Shown piece by piece: positions 52,214-64,000 of a DNA stretch of 64,000 nt (positions are counted from its first letter, which is position 1; every line of letters begins with the position of its first letter). Both the position numbers and the translations under genes were made by a program. The stretch covers positions 39,060,001 through 39,124,000 of the forward strand of contig NC_043010.1 in assembly GCF_006345805.1 (NCBI RefSeq). Reading direction: 5' to 3'. The stretch is from Octopus sinensis (lineage: Eukaryota). The notes under the pieces are model-generated. The model saw nothing but the letters and a program-made list of their open reading frames with translations, was not told where the DNA came from and did not search any database.

Positions 52214-53496
52214 TGGGTTGTCCGGAAAGTTCGTGCCGATTTTTAAAGGAAAGAAAAAGGTCAATAAATACTTGCCATTTCATTTTTAATCAACCAAATT
52301 TGAAACATTTTGTTGTACAATGCATCTCCATCTTTCCTTTAACTTGAGAGTACCTTCTTCTAAGAAATGAGGTGGTTTAATGTCAAAGAATTCATCAAGG
52401 TATCTTTTTACGTCATCCAAGGAATTGAACTTTTTACCATTAAGGCTATTCTGCAGAGAACTGAATAAGTGGAAATCCGAAGGAGCAATATCTGGTGAAT
52501 ATAGAGGGTGGTGTAACAATTCCCAGCCGAGTAGCAGCAATTTTTGTCTGGTTCCCAAAGAATCGTGCGTTCTTGCATTATCATTTTCGAAAACAACACC
52601 CTTCCTGTTGGCCAATTCTAGACGTTTCTCTTGAATTGCTACTTTTAACTCGTCCAGTTGTGTGTAGTATTTCTGAGATTTAATTGTCTGGGTACTTGGG
52701 AGGAGCTCACAGTACAGAGTTCCTTTCCAGTCCCACCAGACGCAAAGCAAGATTTTTTTAGGGTGAAGACCCGCTTTCGGGGTGGCTACGGGAGGCTCAT
52801 GTCGCTTACTCCAGGATCGCTTTCTCTGAACATTTCGGTAGATAATGCATTTCTCATCACCTCTCACAATTTGCTTTAAAAAAGGCGCATTTACATTCCG
52901 TTTATAATACGAATCACAGATGGAAATGTGATCGGAAAGGTTCTTCTCACTCAACTCATGTGGTACCCAAACATCGTAGCGATTTGTGTACCCAAGCTTT
53001 ACCAGGCGCTCATGAACGACGGATTTTGATAGGTTGATTATTTCTGTCAATTCTTGGGTTGTGCAGTGCGGGTTATTCTCAATTAATGACTTAATTTGGT
53101 CATCATTTGTAGTGGATGGTCTGCCTGATCCCTCTTTATCAGTAAGGCTACAATCTCCATCTCGGAACACTGCAAAACACTTCCGTACAGTTCTTTCGGA
53201 TAAAGGAACATCACCGTAAGCTGCGCATATTTCTTTGTTTGCTTGTGAGGCATTTTTCCCTTTACGGAAAAAGAAAAGCATCAAGTGCCGTAAATGAACT
53301 TTCTTATCTTCCATTTTAAAGGGTTACAAAATTAACACAGGTTATAGGAACATAACCCTTCTTCCACGAAAAGATAGCTTAAACTGTGCTCTAAATGGAG
53401 GTGCAGTCAAATCCTAGTTTATGCACTCAACCATGTTCTAAAATAAATCGAAAGGTAAGCTACTATAAATCGGCAGGAACTTTCCGGACAACCCAA
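52213..53496 (-). mobile_element. Full-length mariner transposon (1284 bp), mellifera-subfamily-like
   Basis: 30-bp TIRs TTGGGTTGTCCGGAAAGTTC(G/C)TGCCGATTT with one mismatch. TA duplication at 52211-52212 and 53497-53498. Inserted in (TA)n. Confidence 0.97.
52286..53314 (-). CDS. Mariner DD34D transposase, uninterrupted 342-aa ORF
   Basis: WVPHEL, GDEK, DNAR-(34 aa)-D and YSPDIAPSDFHLF motifs. The N-terminus RHLMLFFFRKGKNASQA resembles mellifera-subfamily mariners. Confidence 0.95.
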   Translation of the reverse strand: MEDKKVHLRHLMLFFFRKGKNASQANKEICAAYGDVPLSERTVRKCFAVFRDGDCSLTDKEGSGRPSTTNDDQIKSLIENNPHCTTQELTEIINLSKSVVHERLVKLGYTNRYDVWVPHELSEKNLSDHISICDSYYKRNVNAPFLKQIVRGDEKCIIYRNVQRKRSWSKRHEPPVATPKAGLHPKKILLCVWWDWKGTLYCELLPSTQTIKSQKYYTQLDELKVAIQEKRLELANRKGVVFENDNARTHDSLGTRQKLLLLGWELLHHPLYSPDIAPSDFHLFSSLQNSLNGKKFNSLDDVKRYLDEFFDIKPPHFLEEGTLKLKERWRCIVQQNVSNLVD

Positions 53497-53503
53497 TATA
53501 TAT

Positions 53504-53562
<59 letters not shown>

Positions 53563-54312
53563 TATATATAATATACATATATCATGGTTATGAGGTATGT
53601 AGTTCGCTTCCAGACCACAAACGTTTCTACATCTATTCATAATGTTGGTTACGGACACCAACTATTATTTAGCATGTTTGCGTGCTTTTGTTAACAATAA
53701 CGACGTTTGATTTTGTGGATCTGTTTTCTAGGGTCGTGCAACTATTTACCCGTTTCGTAATCGAATCAATCGATATTCGTCATCAAAAAACATGAAATTC
53801 TGCTTATAAAAGCAGTATTTTCCCATAATTTTGTTTGAGTGTTCTCGTCCTTCAGGCTAATTTCAATGAATAGTGCGGCATAAGCTGTTGATGGTTGATT
53901 AGAAATATCTCCAAGGAAACAGCTGGCGCCTCCGAAGTATATGCCTTTCTTTTGAAGAATTCAATTTGTCTGAGTTTCAACTTTGTGTTTTTGTCATTCC
54001 ATGGAGGGGTAAAATATTTACCTGGTAAGTAGTTGATTTAATGTCATCCTTTGTGAATAATTTTGGTCATGGCACGAATTGAAAATAAGCATAATAAATA
54101 AGATTATTACAGGTTCTATCCCTTTTTCTTTTTTGCTTGGGACATTTTATTGTTTCGTATAATAATGCTTCAATATTGAAAACAATAAAAAAGTGAGTCA
54201 TCTTCCACCCTCTCCCCCTCTCACTCTCTCTCTCTCTATATATGTGTGTAATTGTGTGTGTGTGTGTGTGCATGAGTGCGTGTGGGAGGTGCAATTATAT
54301 ATGCATATATAT

Positions 54313-54344
<32 letters not shown>

Positions 54345-54495
54345 ACGGGAAGCTTTATGAAAATAGACAAAAGACGAAGGCAGGTGGGAAACAAACAAAC
54401 AATTGTATATATATATATATAAAGGTACTATAAACCCAAAATGACGATACAAAGGATTAACACCAATTTCTCTCCCAAGGACATACCTCTTCACA

Positions 54496-54537
<42 letters not shown>

Positions 54538-54563
54538 TAGATAGATAATCGATAGATAGATAA

Positions 54564-54601
<38 letters not shown>

Positions 54602-54618
54602 TGATAGATAGATCGATT

Positions 54619-54681
<63 letters not shown>

Positions 54682-54682
54682 C

Positions 54683-54774
<92 letters not shown>

Positions 54775-55151
54775 TAGATATATATACACGTGCACGCACG
54801 CACACACAATAAACACACACACACACATGTGTATATTTACATTATATATCCCTGCCTGTATGTAGGATATGTCGATATTTCTTCCAGAATTCTTCAATTC
54901 ATGTTTATTCCGTTTATTCCAATTCCGTTTATTCTTTCCAGCATGGCGTCTATTATATCATCTAACCATTCTTGTGATAAAACCTGTTTCCGTTTTGTTA
55001 ATTGGATTCATGGATTTGTTTTATAGCAATTTTCTTCTTCTTTATATATTCGAAAATATTTGCGCTTCTTCATCTGAAGAATTCTAACCCCTGCTATTTT
55101 TTTATTTTGCTTATCTTCCATTAAATTTGTACATATACATACATACATATA

Positions 55152-55243
<92 letters not shown>

Positions 55244-55474
55244 TATGTATGTATATATAAATATATATATAAGAAAAAGAAAATATATATATATATACAT
55301 ATATAACTATATATATATACACATATTCACACACACACACACACATATATATATTATATATATATATAGATAGAGAGAGAGAGAGAGAGATATGTATGTA
55401 TATATAAATATATATATAAGAAAAAGAAAATATATATATATATACATATATAACTATATATATATACACATATT

Positions 55475-55507
<33 letters not shown>

Positions 55508-55509
55508 GT

Positions 55510-55728
55510 TTTGTTTGAATCATTTCATTCTTTTATTTATCATTTTCTTTTTCAAAAAATCTACCTAATCTCCAAGCTTTGGCTTTCATCTCTTCAATTA
55601 ATCTTTCCTTGTGTTTCTTTTGGTTATTGTTTAGCCATAATGTTAAGTCTTCTATAAATCATTGCTATCTGATTGGCTGATGACTTTTTTTCTTCCAGTA
55701 TTTATTTCATTTTTGATGGGATTTAACA

Positions 55729-55796
<68 letters not shown>

Positions 55797-57100
55797 CTTT
55801 TCGCTTTCAGTTGATTTACTATTCACGGGGATGTTTCCAGCCGAATCGTTTGTATATTTTATTGATTTCTCAGATATATCTACAGACTCAGCGACGTATC
55901 TTTGTTGGTTTAGACCCGTTATTTGTATATATCTGAATAGCGTATTCTTCTCCTTTCTAGATTGTCGACAAAGAAAATCTACTCCAACACAGGTAATTGC
56001 AGAGGGCTTTTAACCGAAATTACTTCGAACGAAAGCACGTGTTTTCGGTGCAGAATTCCTGTAGCCACTTTTGATCAAATTGTCACGGATAGTTTGTTTT
56101 CTTTCCTCCTGGATGTAACTGAAGTGTACAAAGTCACCGCTGCAATGCAAGCATATATTATGCTTTTATTGATGTTGCGCAGCTCCTTAAGTATTTGCTA
56201 TCTGTGTAAAGGGTAAGATGTGTCAGCAAATTCGATAATACGGAGTCGCCATTCTGTTTGTGAGATATTTTACATCAAGTACTTGGGAAACTTAAAGTAG
56301 TTATTGTTGCTGTCGTTTTAGACTGTTTGTTCCAGGTGAAAATTGATTGAGCATGTATTAGACCAACAACCCTTCAGAACATACACCGGTGCAGGCATAG
56401 TTACGGCGTTAGGAAGCTCGTTTTGCAGCTACATGATTTCAAGTTCAGTCCTACTGCGTTGCAACTTGGGCAATCGTCTTCTACTATAATTCCGGGCCGT
56501 CCAATGCCTTGTCGCTATTTGACAGATAAAAACTGTGTGGAAGGCCATCATATCTTTCTGTCTCTATATACATTTGTGTTTGTGTTTGTTTTCATCACCG
56601 TTTGACCACCAGGTTTGTCAAAATAGACAGATGAATATGCACCTGACTTTAAATATAATGACTGGGATCGATTGTTTTGACTAAGCACTTCAAGGCAGGT
56701 GATGATGAGCATGACTGCAGTCCAGTGACTAAGAGAAGTAAAAGATAAAAACAAAAATCAACATTGACCAATGTACCTTCCTTTGTCTTAAGACATTAGG
56801 ATACGAGACGTTTAGTTCCAATTTGTATTAGGCCAATTTCTGTCACATGCAGCTATCGTATTTGTGTATTTTAGGAAGGCCAAAAAACACCGTGCTATAG
56901 AAAGCCGTTTTTGTCCTGATTTTCTTCTGACAACCTGTACATAACTGTACCTTCCATTTTTTGTTTTGTACTGCTTAAAGGCACGTTTCTTTCCTGTGAA
57001 GGTTACTGTTTAAACCATACTTATGTTCTCCAAGTCAAGAGCCTTATCATTACTGGCACTTTAAGCTCTTCGGTTGCATATTTGTGTGCATAAAATCGTT
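55510..57100 (-). mobile_element. Possible very old RTE-like LINE (endonuclease region), interrupted by (ATT)n and a SINE
   Basis: A-rich minus strand with weak echoes of AP-endonuclease N-terminal (LLTW..) and downstream motifs. No clean motif survives. Confidence 0.3.
56388..56750 (+). mobile_element. SINE family A, old full-length copy
   Basis: AGTTCAGTCCTACTGCGTTGCAACTTGGGCAATCGTCTTCTACTATA...GCATGACTGCAGTCCAGTGACT...AGTAAAAGATAAAA. Confidence 0.75.
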
Positions 57101-57159
57101 TTTCTTTGGAATAGAGAAAAAGTCTATCTTTATTTCTTCTTTTGCTTGGAATTTTCTCT

Positions 57160-57222
57160 TAATAACTGATGAGATGCCAGAGCAGTTTTCAGCCTCAGTA
57201 TCCGAAACTCCGAGACTTATTA
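57160..57222 (+). ncRNA. Degenerate type I hammerhead-like motif
   Basis: Stem I UAAUAA/UUAUUA; CUGAUGA at 57166-57172; stem II GAUGC/GUAUC; CGAAAC. The triplet reads GAC where GUC is required. Confidence 0.45.
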
Positions 57223-57365
57223 TGACAACAAACTGTCACATATTCTATTCATAGTTAGATTCCTCTATTTTACATAATATCGAGGTCTCATTCATTCTTT
57301 TGTTATATTATTATTATTAATAATCTATATATATTTATATATAAATGACGCATATAGACGTATAG

Positions 57366-57686
57366 AATAAAGTGTAAGGGTAAAGACCCCCATGGATCAG
57401 GAATGGCCATAGGATTGTAAGATTGTAACTAGAAAGTAACTCTCTGAGGCACAAGTCCTGGCAGGCAGTCGCCCATGCATGCCATTCTGTCCTCTCCACG
57501 CCACCGATGTTGTCCAAGAGAAAGGCAGAGGCCAATATACTAGTGACGTCGTCACTCAACCGATGAGTAAATTGAAGCAACGCACAATGAGTGCCTTCCT
57601 CAAGAACAAAACACACAGCCCGGTCGGGGAATCCAACTTACAACCACATAATTGTAAGCCCAATGCTCGAAGCACTGAGCTATGCA
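57366..57686 (-). mobile_element. SINE family D, old
   Basis: GAAGCAACGCACAATGAGTGCCTTCCTCAAGAACAAAACAC...GGGGAATCCAAC...CACTGAGCTATGC. Confidence 0.65.
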
Positions 57687-57705
57687 TATGCATTTATATA
57701 TGTGC

Positions 57706-57744
<39 letters not shown>

Positions 57745-57770
57745 TATATATATATATGTATAAATATATG

Positions 57771-57803
<33 letters not shown>

Positions 57804-57849
57804 ATGGGCGTGGTTATGGGTATGTGTTTGTATACATATATATATATAA

Positions 57850-57917
<68 letters not shown>

Positions 57918-58573
57918 GCGTGGTTATGGGTATGTGTTTGTATGTATGTGTCCCACAAGCGTGCGTGTATGTTTTTGCGGCTATTTATGAGACCTAGAGC
58001 AAGTTTATCAAAGGAAATTACAGACAAACATATAAACAAACGGAGAAGTGAGACTGCGAGAATCTTAATTAAAATACATAAAAATAGGTTTTATTCAATT
58101 CATGCAAGATATCAAAACAAAACAAAAAACAAAAAACAAATAACAATGAAATACAGAAGGAAAAATATACAATAGTGAGAAGGAATAATTTCCATAAAGA
58201 ACTGTTTAGCAATAGGAAATAAGCTGGGAATAATTTAACAAGAATATTTTTTTTAATGCTACCTATAAAAGACAATTTCTATTGCATCGAAATTTTATTG
58301 CAGACTATCAAAACAGTTACATAATTTAATTATTTATTTTTCAAATATCGGGTAATATTGTGAAGCAGTTATTTTGGCGTTCAGTTGTTATATGTTTTCT
58401 TTTTTTTTAAAAAAAACTTTTCTTTACAACTCTTATATCAACATGTCAACATTGTGATAAAAAACGAAATTAATCCTTCATCAAGATTTTTCACATAAAC
58501 TCAAGGATTTCACTACAATTAAATAAATAACTTGCAATATTGTCTGTCTGTCTGTTCCTCTCTCTCTCTCTTC

Positions 58574-58614
<41 letters not shown>

Positions 58615-60735
58615 ATCTATAGTATATATATGCGTATATAAATATATAAAAAAATTGTGTATAATATATATATATGTGTGTGTGTATGTGTATGTGCGCG
58701 CGTACTTATTCTTGTATGTATCCTTCTCATGTACAATAAATTTATAATGCGCGCTTTTAGGAGCATAATTGTTCGTTTTAATGGAAGGTCTGCTATTTAA
58801 TTGACAATGAAATAATGTTATATGGCATTCATAACTTAAAACCTCCAGAGAACTGATAGACATATTTACCAATTCTTCAAATTTCATTTGCTCTCAAGTT
58901 TGTTAATTGCATGGACATACTTTGTAACTGAATTCTGTAATTGAGATATATATTGTAAAATAAAACACAGGGTCGCTAACAGGTCGTCATTCGGATCATA
59001 AAGTTTCTGATTGAGGGTCATGACGTAAGCCACTCTTAAAAAAGGATTGCTTATCGCTCGAATGGTTTTGATCGTATGCCAACTTTTTAGAGCTAACGAA
59101 ATTATACACAACAACAACAATAACAGCAATCTGTATTAAGGATGTAATAAAATGAAGTTATTTTCCAGTTTTGAAGAGAGATCGGTTGGTGGATTCGCCT
59201 CAGCGGGAACTTATTAATTTTTCATTATTTTGAGCTTTGGTTTTAAAGACAGTTGCAATTTTCGCCGTTATTGCCGTTTTTCTTCACGTTATCATGATTG
59301 AACACACCTATAATCAAATATATTGCATCAATTACCATCTCGTCTTTTTTCCTTTCAATCACAGTAAATCAATATCTACATCTAAACGCGCCTGGGATAA
59401 AGATTGATCATATATCAGCATTTGATATTTTCCATTCCAGAAGAAAAAAAAAAACAAGAGAACACTTTCTTTTTTTTCTTCATATCATAATAGCAGCTAA
59501 ACAAACGATAATATACCTCACCTCTCAACTCTACCAATGTTAACTAAAGGAAATAAGGAAAGAGGTCCGTCGATACAGCGTAACTCTACAGGGGAACTCA
59601 AAATGTAAAAACATGGAAGAAACAATCTAAAGTATTTTATCCAATGAAGTAACGATTTTGTCAATCCCTCGACTTTGATTCAACATCTTGGCCATCTCTT
59701 TCCAATAGGTCAGGAGTCGACGAACTGTGGTAAATTACCCCGAGTGGGGTAAAAATGAAATTATTGGGGGTAGGAGGATTCATTAGACATAAGTAAAATT
59801 ATGTGAAAAAAAACGTGTTCCCTGTTATCTATGGTTTCCTTTGTTTCGAATCAAGGGGGTAACTTGTACGAGCGCACACATACCGAGAGATATACACATT
59901 ATGAACGCGTAAGGCTTTCACTCACATACGCACATATGTGCGTTCGTGCACACATCTGTACAAGCTAGTATGCATCCCGGCGAACCTTTTACAGACATAC
60001 CAGCAACCATGCATTTCAAACCGACTGCGTCTGCTAATCATTTGTTAGCAACGGAGTAACGTTGCGGCCAAGTCTAGAAACCCAAACGTTGAGTATATAA
60101 ACGGTATATTTTAAGGCAGACAGTCCTTTCGGTTTTTCGCCAACTCAGTTACGTGCAAGTTTCTATCATATTTTGTATTAAAACCTCTAACCTCTAAGTG
60201 CTTGGTGACATATTTAAAGTTCGCATTTTTAATATCTCCTGATGTCTGTTGAGACTAAGTAATGATTTTAAATTCAATTGAAAGCTTTCATATGTTTCTG
60301 CCAATTTTTGTATCCTATACATTTATTTAGTTGTGTGAACATAGATTAACATTTATATTCGGAGTGATGGAGCCGATCTTGTTGACAGCGATCAGTCTTT
60401 CTAGCAATCTCCATTATTTTTTGTTATCCTGTTACAGGTGTAGACAAAAATATTTGGCTTTTACTGCAGAATAAAACTAGCTTCCGACAAAGTATACGCT
60501 ATCTTGGCACTGTTTGAAGCACGACATTAGTTATGCAGATGAATAATTGATAACTTATTTCTGCTAGACCACCTATTTCAGTTATTTTCAAACTCTAATC
60601 TGTGGAAATTTCCTCGATGCAATGGTTCCCAGGATGAGGAGTAAATTATTTTCAAACTGCTGAATTGCAAATAGGCGTAACTTAACATGTATTCACAATG
60701 GCAGTCAATTAAACATGCATAATAAAAAGAAACAC

Positions 60736-61163
60736 CGGATCTTTTCGGTTTGAACGGCAGTTTTTTCTAGCGTTGTCATATGAAATAGTCACCCATAATT
60801 ACGACCCTAGTATCGATCTATTGCATTTCAATCTGTTTTAAGATTGGGGTTAGTCAGGGTTAGGGGTGGAGAGAAGGGTATCTTTTGTTTCTTCACAAAT
60901 ATAAATAAACCCAATCTGTTTCTTAAACGAGGGACATATTCATACGGCACAGAATGTTGTTTACCTCAATGGACGTCATTGATTGGTTGAAATTGAAGAA
61001 GTTGAAGAAAAAACAACAAATATCTTAGAAACTATAGAATTTTCTCAATAAAGCCAAGATAAAAAGATGTTTTATAAACACATTATACCAGTATACGAAG
61101 TTTAACATTTTTTAGTTAACTAGAAATTATGTTAAAAACTGCCGTTCAAACTGAAAAGATCCC
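60736..61163. mobile_element. MITE (~430 bp) with 29-bp TIRs
   Basis: GGATCTTTTCGGTTTGAACGGCAGTTTTT (from 60737) versus AAAAACTGCCGTTCAAACTGAAAAGATCC (to 61162), one mismatch. Superfamily not determined. Confidence 0.88.
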
Positions 61164-63062
61164 AAAAACTTTCTTCCTTACATTTTATTGATGCAAACTG
61201 AAAGAAAAAATATTTCTTTACACACGGTTAGCATTCTTATTTTATATAATGTCAAAGTGTATTGATATTGCTGCACGTTATTATATCATATTTGGTCTAG
61301 CCCCGTGTCAATCTTGAGCACACAGACTTATATAGAGTACACGTTCATTCATTCTTTAACAAGAATATTGTTGACAGACGATGGCAGTGTGACGGTAGAT
61401 TAACTGGCTGAAACTTCAAAGTCACTGTGAGCAATATCCTCGTTTAAGAATAAACACACATACATAATACATACACACGTGCGTATAGTGTATTCATAGC
61501 GTTATGTCTCCGTCAATATTATTGATATGTCCTTCCTAACTGAACGACAGGAAGATACGAGGAATATACCTGTCGTTGATAGACATAGACTTTGCTTGAT
61601 AAATTGATATGCACTATATACTACATTATTCAACTTGTCTGATATATAACTTTTGCCATGTTTATGTTTTCTTTCAACTACGCACTCTCCTCAGAGGTTT
61701 TGATAAATAAATTATCGTTTATAAATTAAGATCACTTCAATAAGATGTTTTAGTGCTAGTTTCAACACATTTAAAGTACACTAGAGTTGAGAAATTAAAT
61801 TTATTTTAATTTAAATTTTATCGTAAACAAAGAGACAGTTAACTCTTTAGAAATAATGTCCTATTAAGAATCTTTCAGTCAGTAAACTATGGGGTTGGTT
61901 GGGTCGGATGGGTTGGTAATAAAAACTTTCTTTAAAGTATGCACAATTCTGTTTCATGTAGAATTAAATTACCGGCAGCATTGTTAATCAATATACTTAA
62001 GTAATTATCAAGCAAGCTGTCATCTTTATGATTCAAATTAGTTCGTTGTTAGTGACGATAAGTGCAAAATTATAGTATATTGTTTCGTCCCAGTTCTTTG
62101 CGAATACTTTATTGTTAGTAATTGATCATCCATCATGTTGACAGCGGTAAGCTAGTTAAAGGTGACTAATTTTCGAAATACTGATGAATTCAAAGTAATA
62201 CGTAGAATACGGTTTAATGAATTGGTACTTTGCATGCAGCAACGACCTGCTCTTCCCTCCTTCTCCAATCTCACTCTGTCACTTGCTTTTTTTTTTCAAT
62301 TTTGCTTTAAACCTTGTAATAGTTAGATAGTGTGTGTTTTATTGTATTACGTTTGATATAACGTTTGTGCTATCATATCAACACTATCATATTTCTTCTC
62401 TACCTATAGCACATATCGATGATTTCCGGAAGAAATCAATTACTAAAAGTTGTGCAGAGTTCGAAAAGTTGATTGATCTGTGAAGCAAATCCTACGGTGA
62501 ATCGTAGCATCGACCGAGACTCTACATCACATAACTGGTTACAAGAAATTTCTATCAAACCGCTTGACAAATTACAACCTTTAGCACGAGAGCATAATCT
62601 ACATATGATAAATGAGGTCAAACTTAACTAAGAACAACTTACTCTGTTGTGGTTGCTCACAGCTGATTAATTAATATATATATATATCTATAATAACCCG
62701 ATTGTGGTTTCAAGAATTGCGTGTTCACGAATGAATTGTCCTTCCGTTTGGAAATATTGTGATTTGAAAGATATTCGACTGTTATGCTGTGTTGGTTCTT
62801 CAATAAAATGTTGCGTTGGTAGTAGACCATCTATCAAGTCTCTTGAAAGCGACTACCTATACATTTAGCTTAGCAAGTAGGGTAGCAAATTTGAACAATC
62901 AGAAACTGGGCTGCTTACCATTCTATGAGTCTCCTTATCAACTTTCGAAAGTACGAATCTTATATGTGCAACAGGAACCCATCCGACATTAGAAATAATT
63001 TATACGTATATACACACATACATACATACATACATACATACATACATACATACATACATACA

Positions 63063-63098
<36 letters not shown>

Positions 63099-63106
63099 TA
63101 TATATA

Positions 63107-64000
63107 GCGTTGAGGAATAATTCATGAGCGTTTTTTTTAAATTTATTTTAAACAAAAAACTACAACAATCGAGACAATACACTTTCCATTGTTATTTACG
63201 ACTTCCTCCCATCGTTCAATATATTCTTCAATACTTTGGCGATAGAAATATTCCGGTCTTGACTCAAAGAATTCGTCCAACCAAGCCCTCAATACCATGT
63301 CATCATTGAACGATACACCGCGGAAAAAGCTCGAAAGCGGGGGCAGTACATTAAGATCTGACGGAACTCAACCTGGAGAGTGTGGATGATGAGGCAGCAT
63401 TACCATTTGAGACAGGTGTTGTCCTGTTGCAGAAGAACGTCATTTCGCCTATTCCGTCTTATTTGCTGAATTGCTTCGTTGAGTCAGTGTAGTTGTTGAA
63501 CGTAGAGCTCTGCATTGAGTATCTAGTTGCGCTCAAGCAGTTCGTAGAGAATTAGTCTTCCCGGTCCCACCATACACACAACATGGTCTTTCGAAGATGA
63601 AGGTCTTGTTTTGTCCTCGGAGTTTCTTGTTTATCGAGGCTGAGCCATTATTTTCGCTGCTTCATATTGACGTAAAGGCACCATTTTTCATTGCTAGTGG
63701 CAATGCGGTGAATAAAACGCTGTTTTGGCGATGTGTTGAACTATGTCGAGCGAGTAAATTGGTGGCGATTGTGGAGCGTTGATTTTTGTTATTCCCGATC
63801 AAAGTGTGTTGCACCCAAGCAATGAATCTATGAACCTTGCCCATAGAGTGAAGTTGGTTCACCACAGTTTTATTTTTTTATCACAATCCGTCTTCTCTGC
63901 CTGTTCTCTGGTCATTTGAGGTGTCTTTTCGTGAAGAATTTGATTCAATCGCTTTTCATCCAACTCAGGATGATCCGTACTTGAGGTTAAAATTTCCGTT
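63107..64000 (-). mobile_element. Decayed mariner transposon of another family, running off the right edge
   Basis: AWVQHTL (WVPHEL), RIATSNEKWCLY (TGDEKW), TMLCVWWD, QQDNT, HHPHSP. The 3' TIR GCGTTGAGGAATAATTCATGAGCG abuts TA at 63105-63106. Confidence 0.9.

Overview
AT-rich, microsatellite-saturated animal genomic DNA, most likely a coleoid cephalopod (Octopus-like). That is an inference from the SINE/MITE families and the density of (TA)n/(CA)n/(TCTA)n tracts. No host protein-coding gene can be supported: almost every ORF in the track is a translation of simple repeats or of SINE antisense strands. The window is a transposon landscape. It holds four tRNA-derived SINE families (here A-D, more than 20 copies), three mariner families including one copy with an uninterrupted 342-aa DD34D transposase (52213-53496), and a maT/DD37D fragment. 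It also holds a 3-kb decayed RLE-type LINE most like the HERO clade (47160-50160), R4/Dong, RTE and Penelope-like fragments, and several MITEs. The most interesting signals are structural. (1) A palindromic array of four ~108-bp units at 38000-38385, each carrying a type I hammerhead ribozyme fold (two per strand). (2) Three further hammerhead-like motifs, two of them inside fold-back structures near (TA)n tracts. (3) Two SINEs inserted head-to-head into the same 18-bp site with overlapping TSDs. (4) A compact pseudoknotted stem system in the LINE 3' UTR. All alignments, folds and family calls were made by eye; minor SINE boundaries are approximate.
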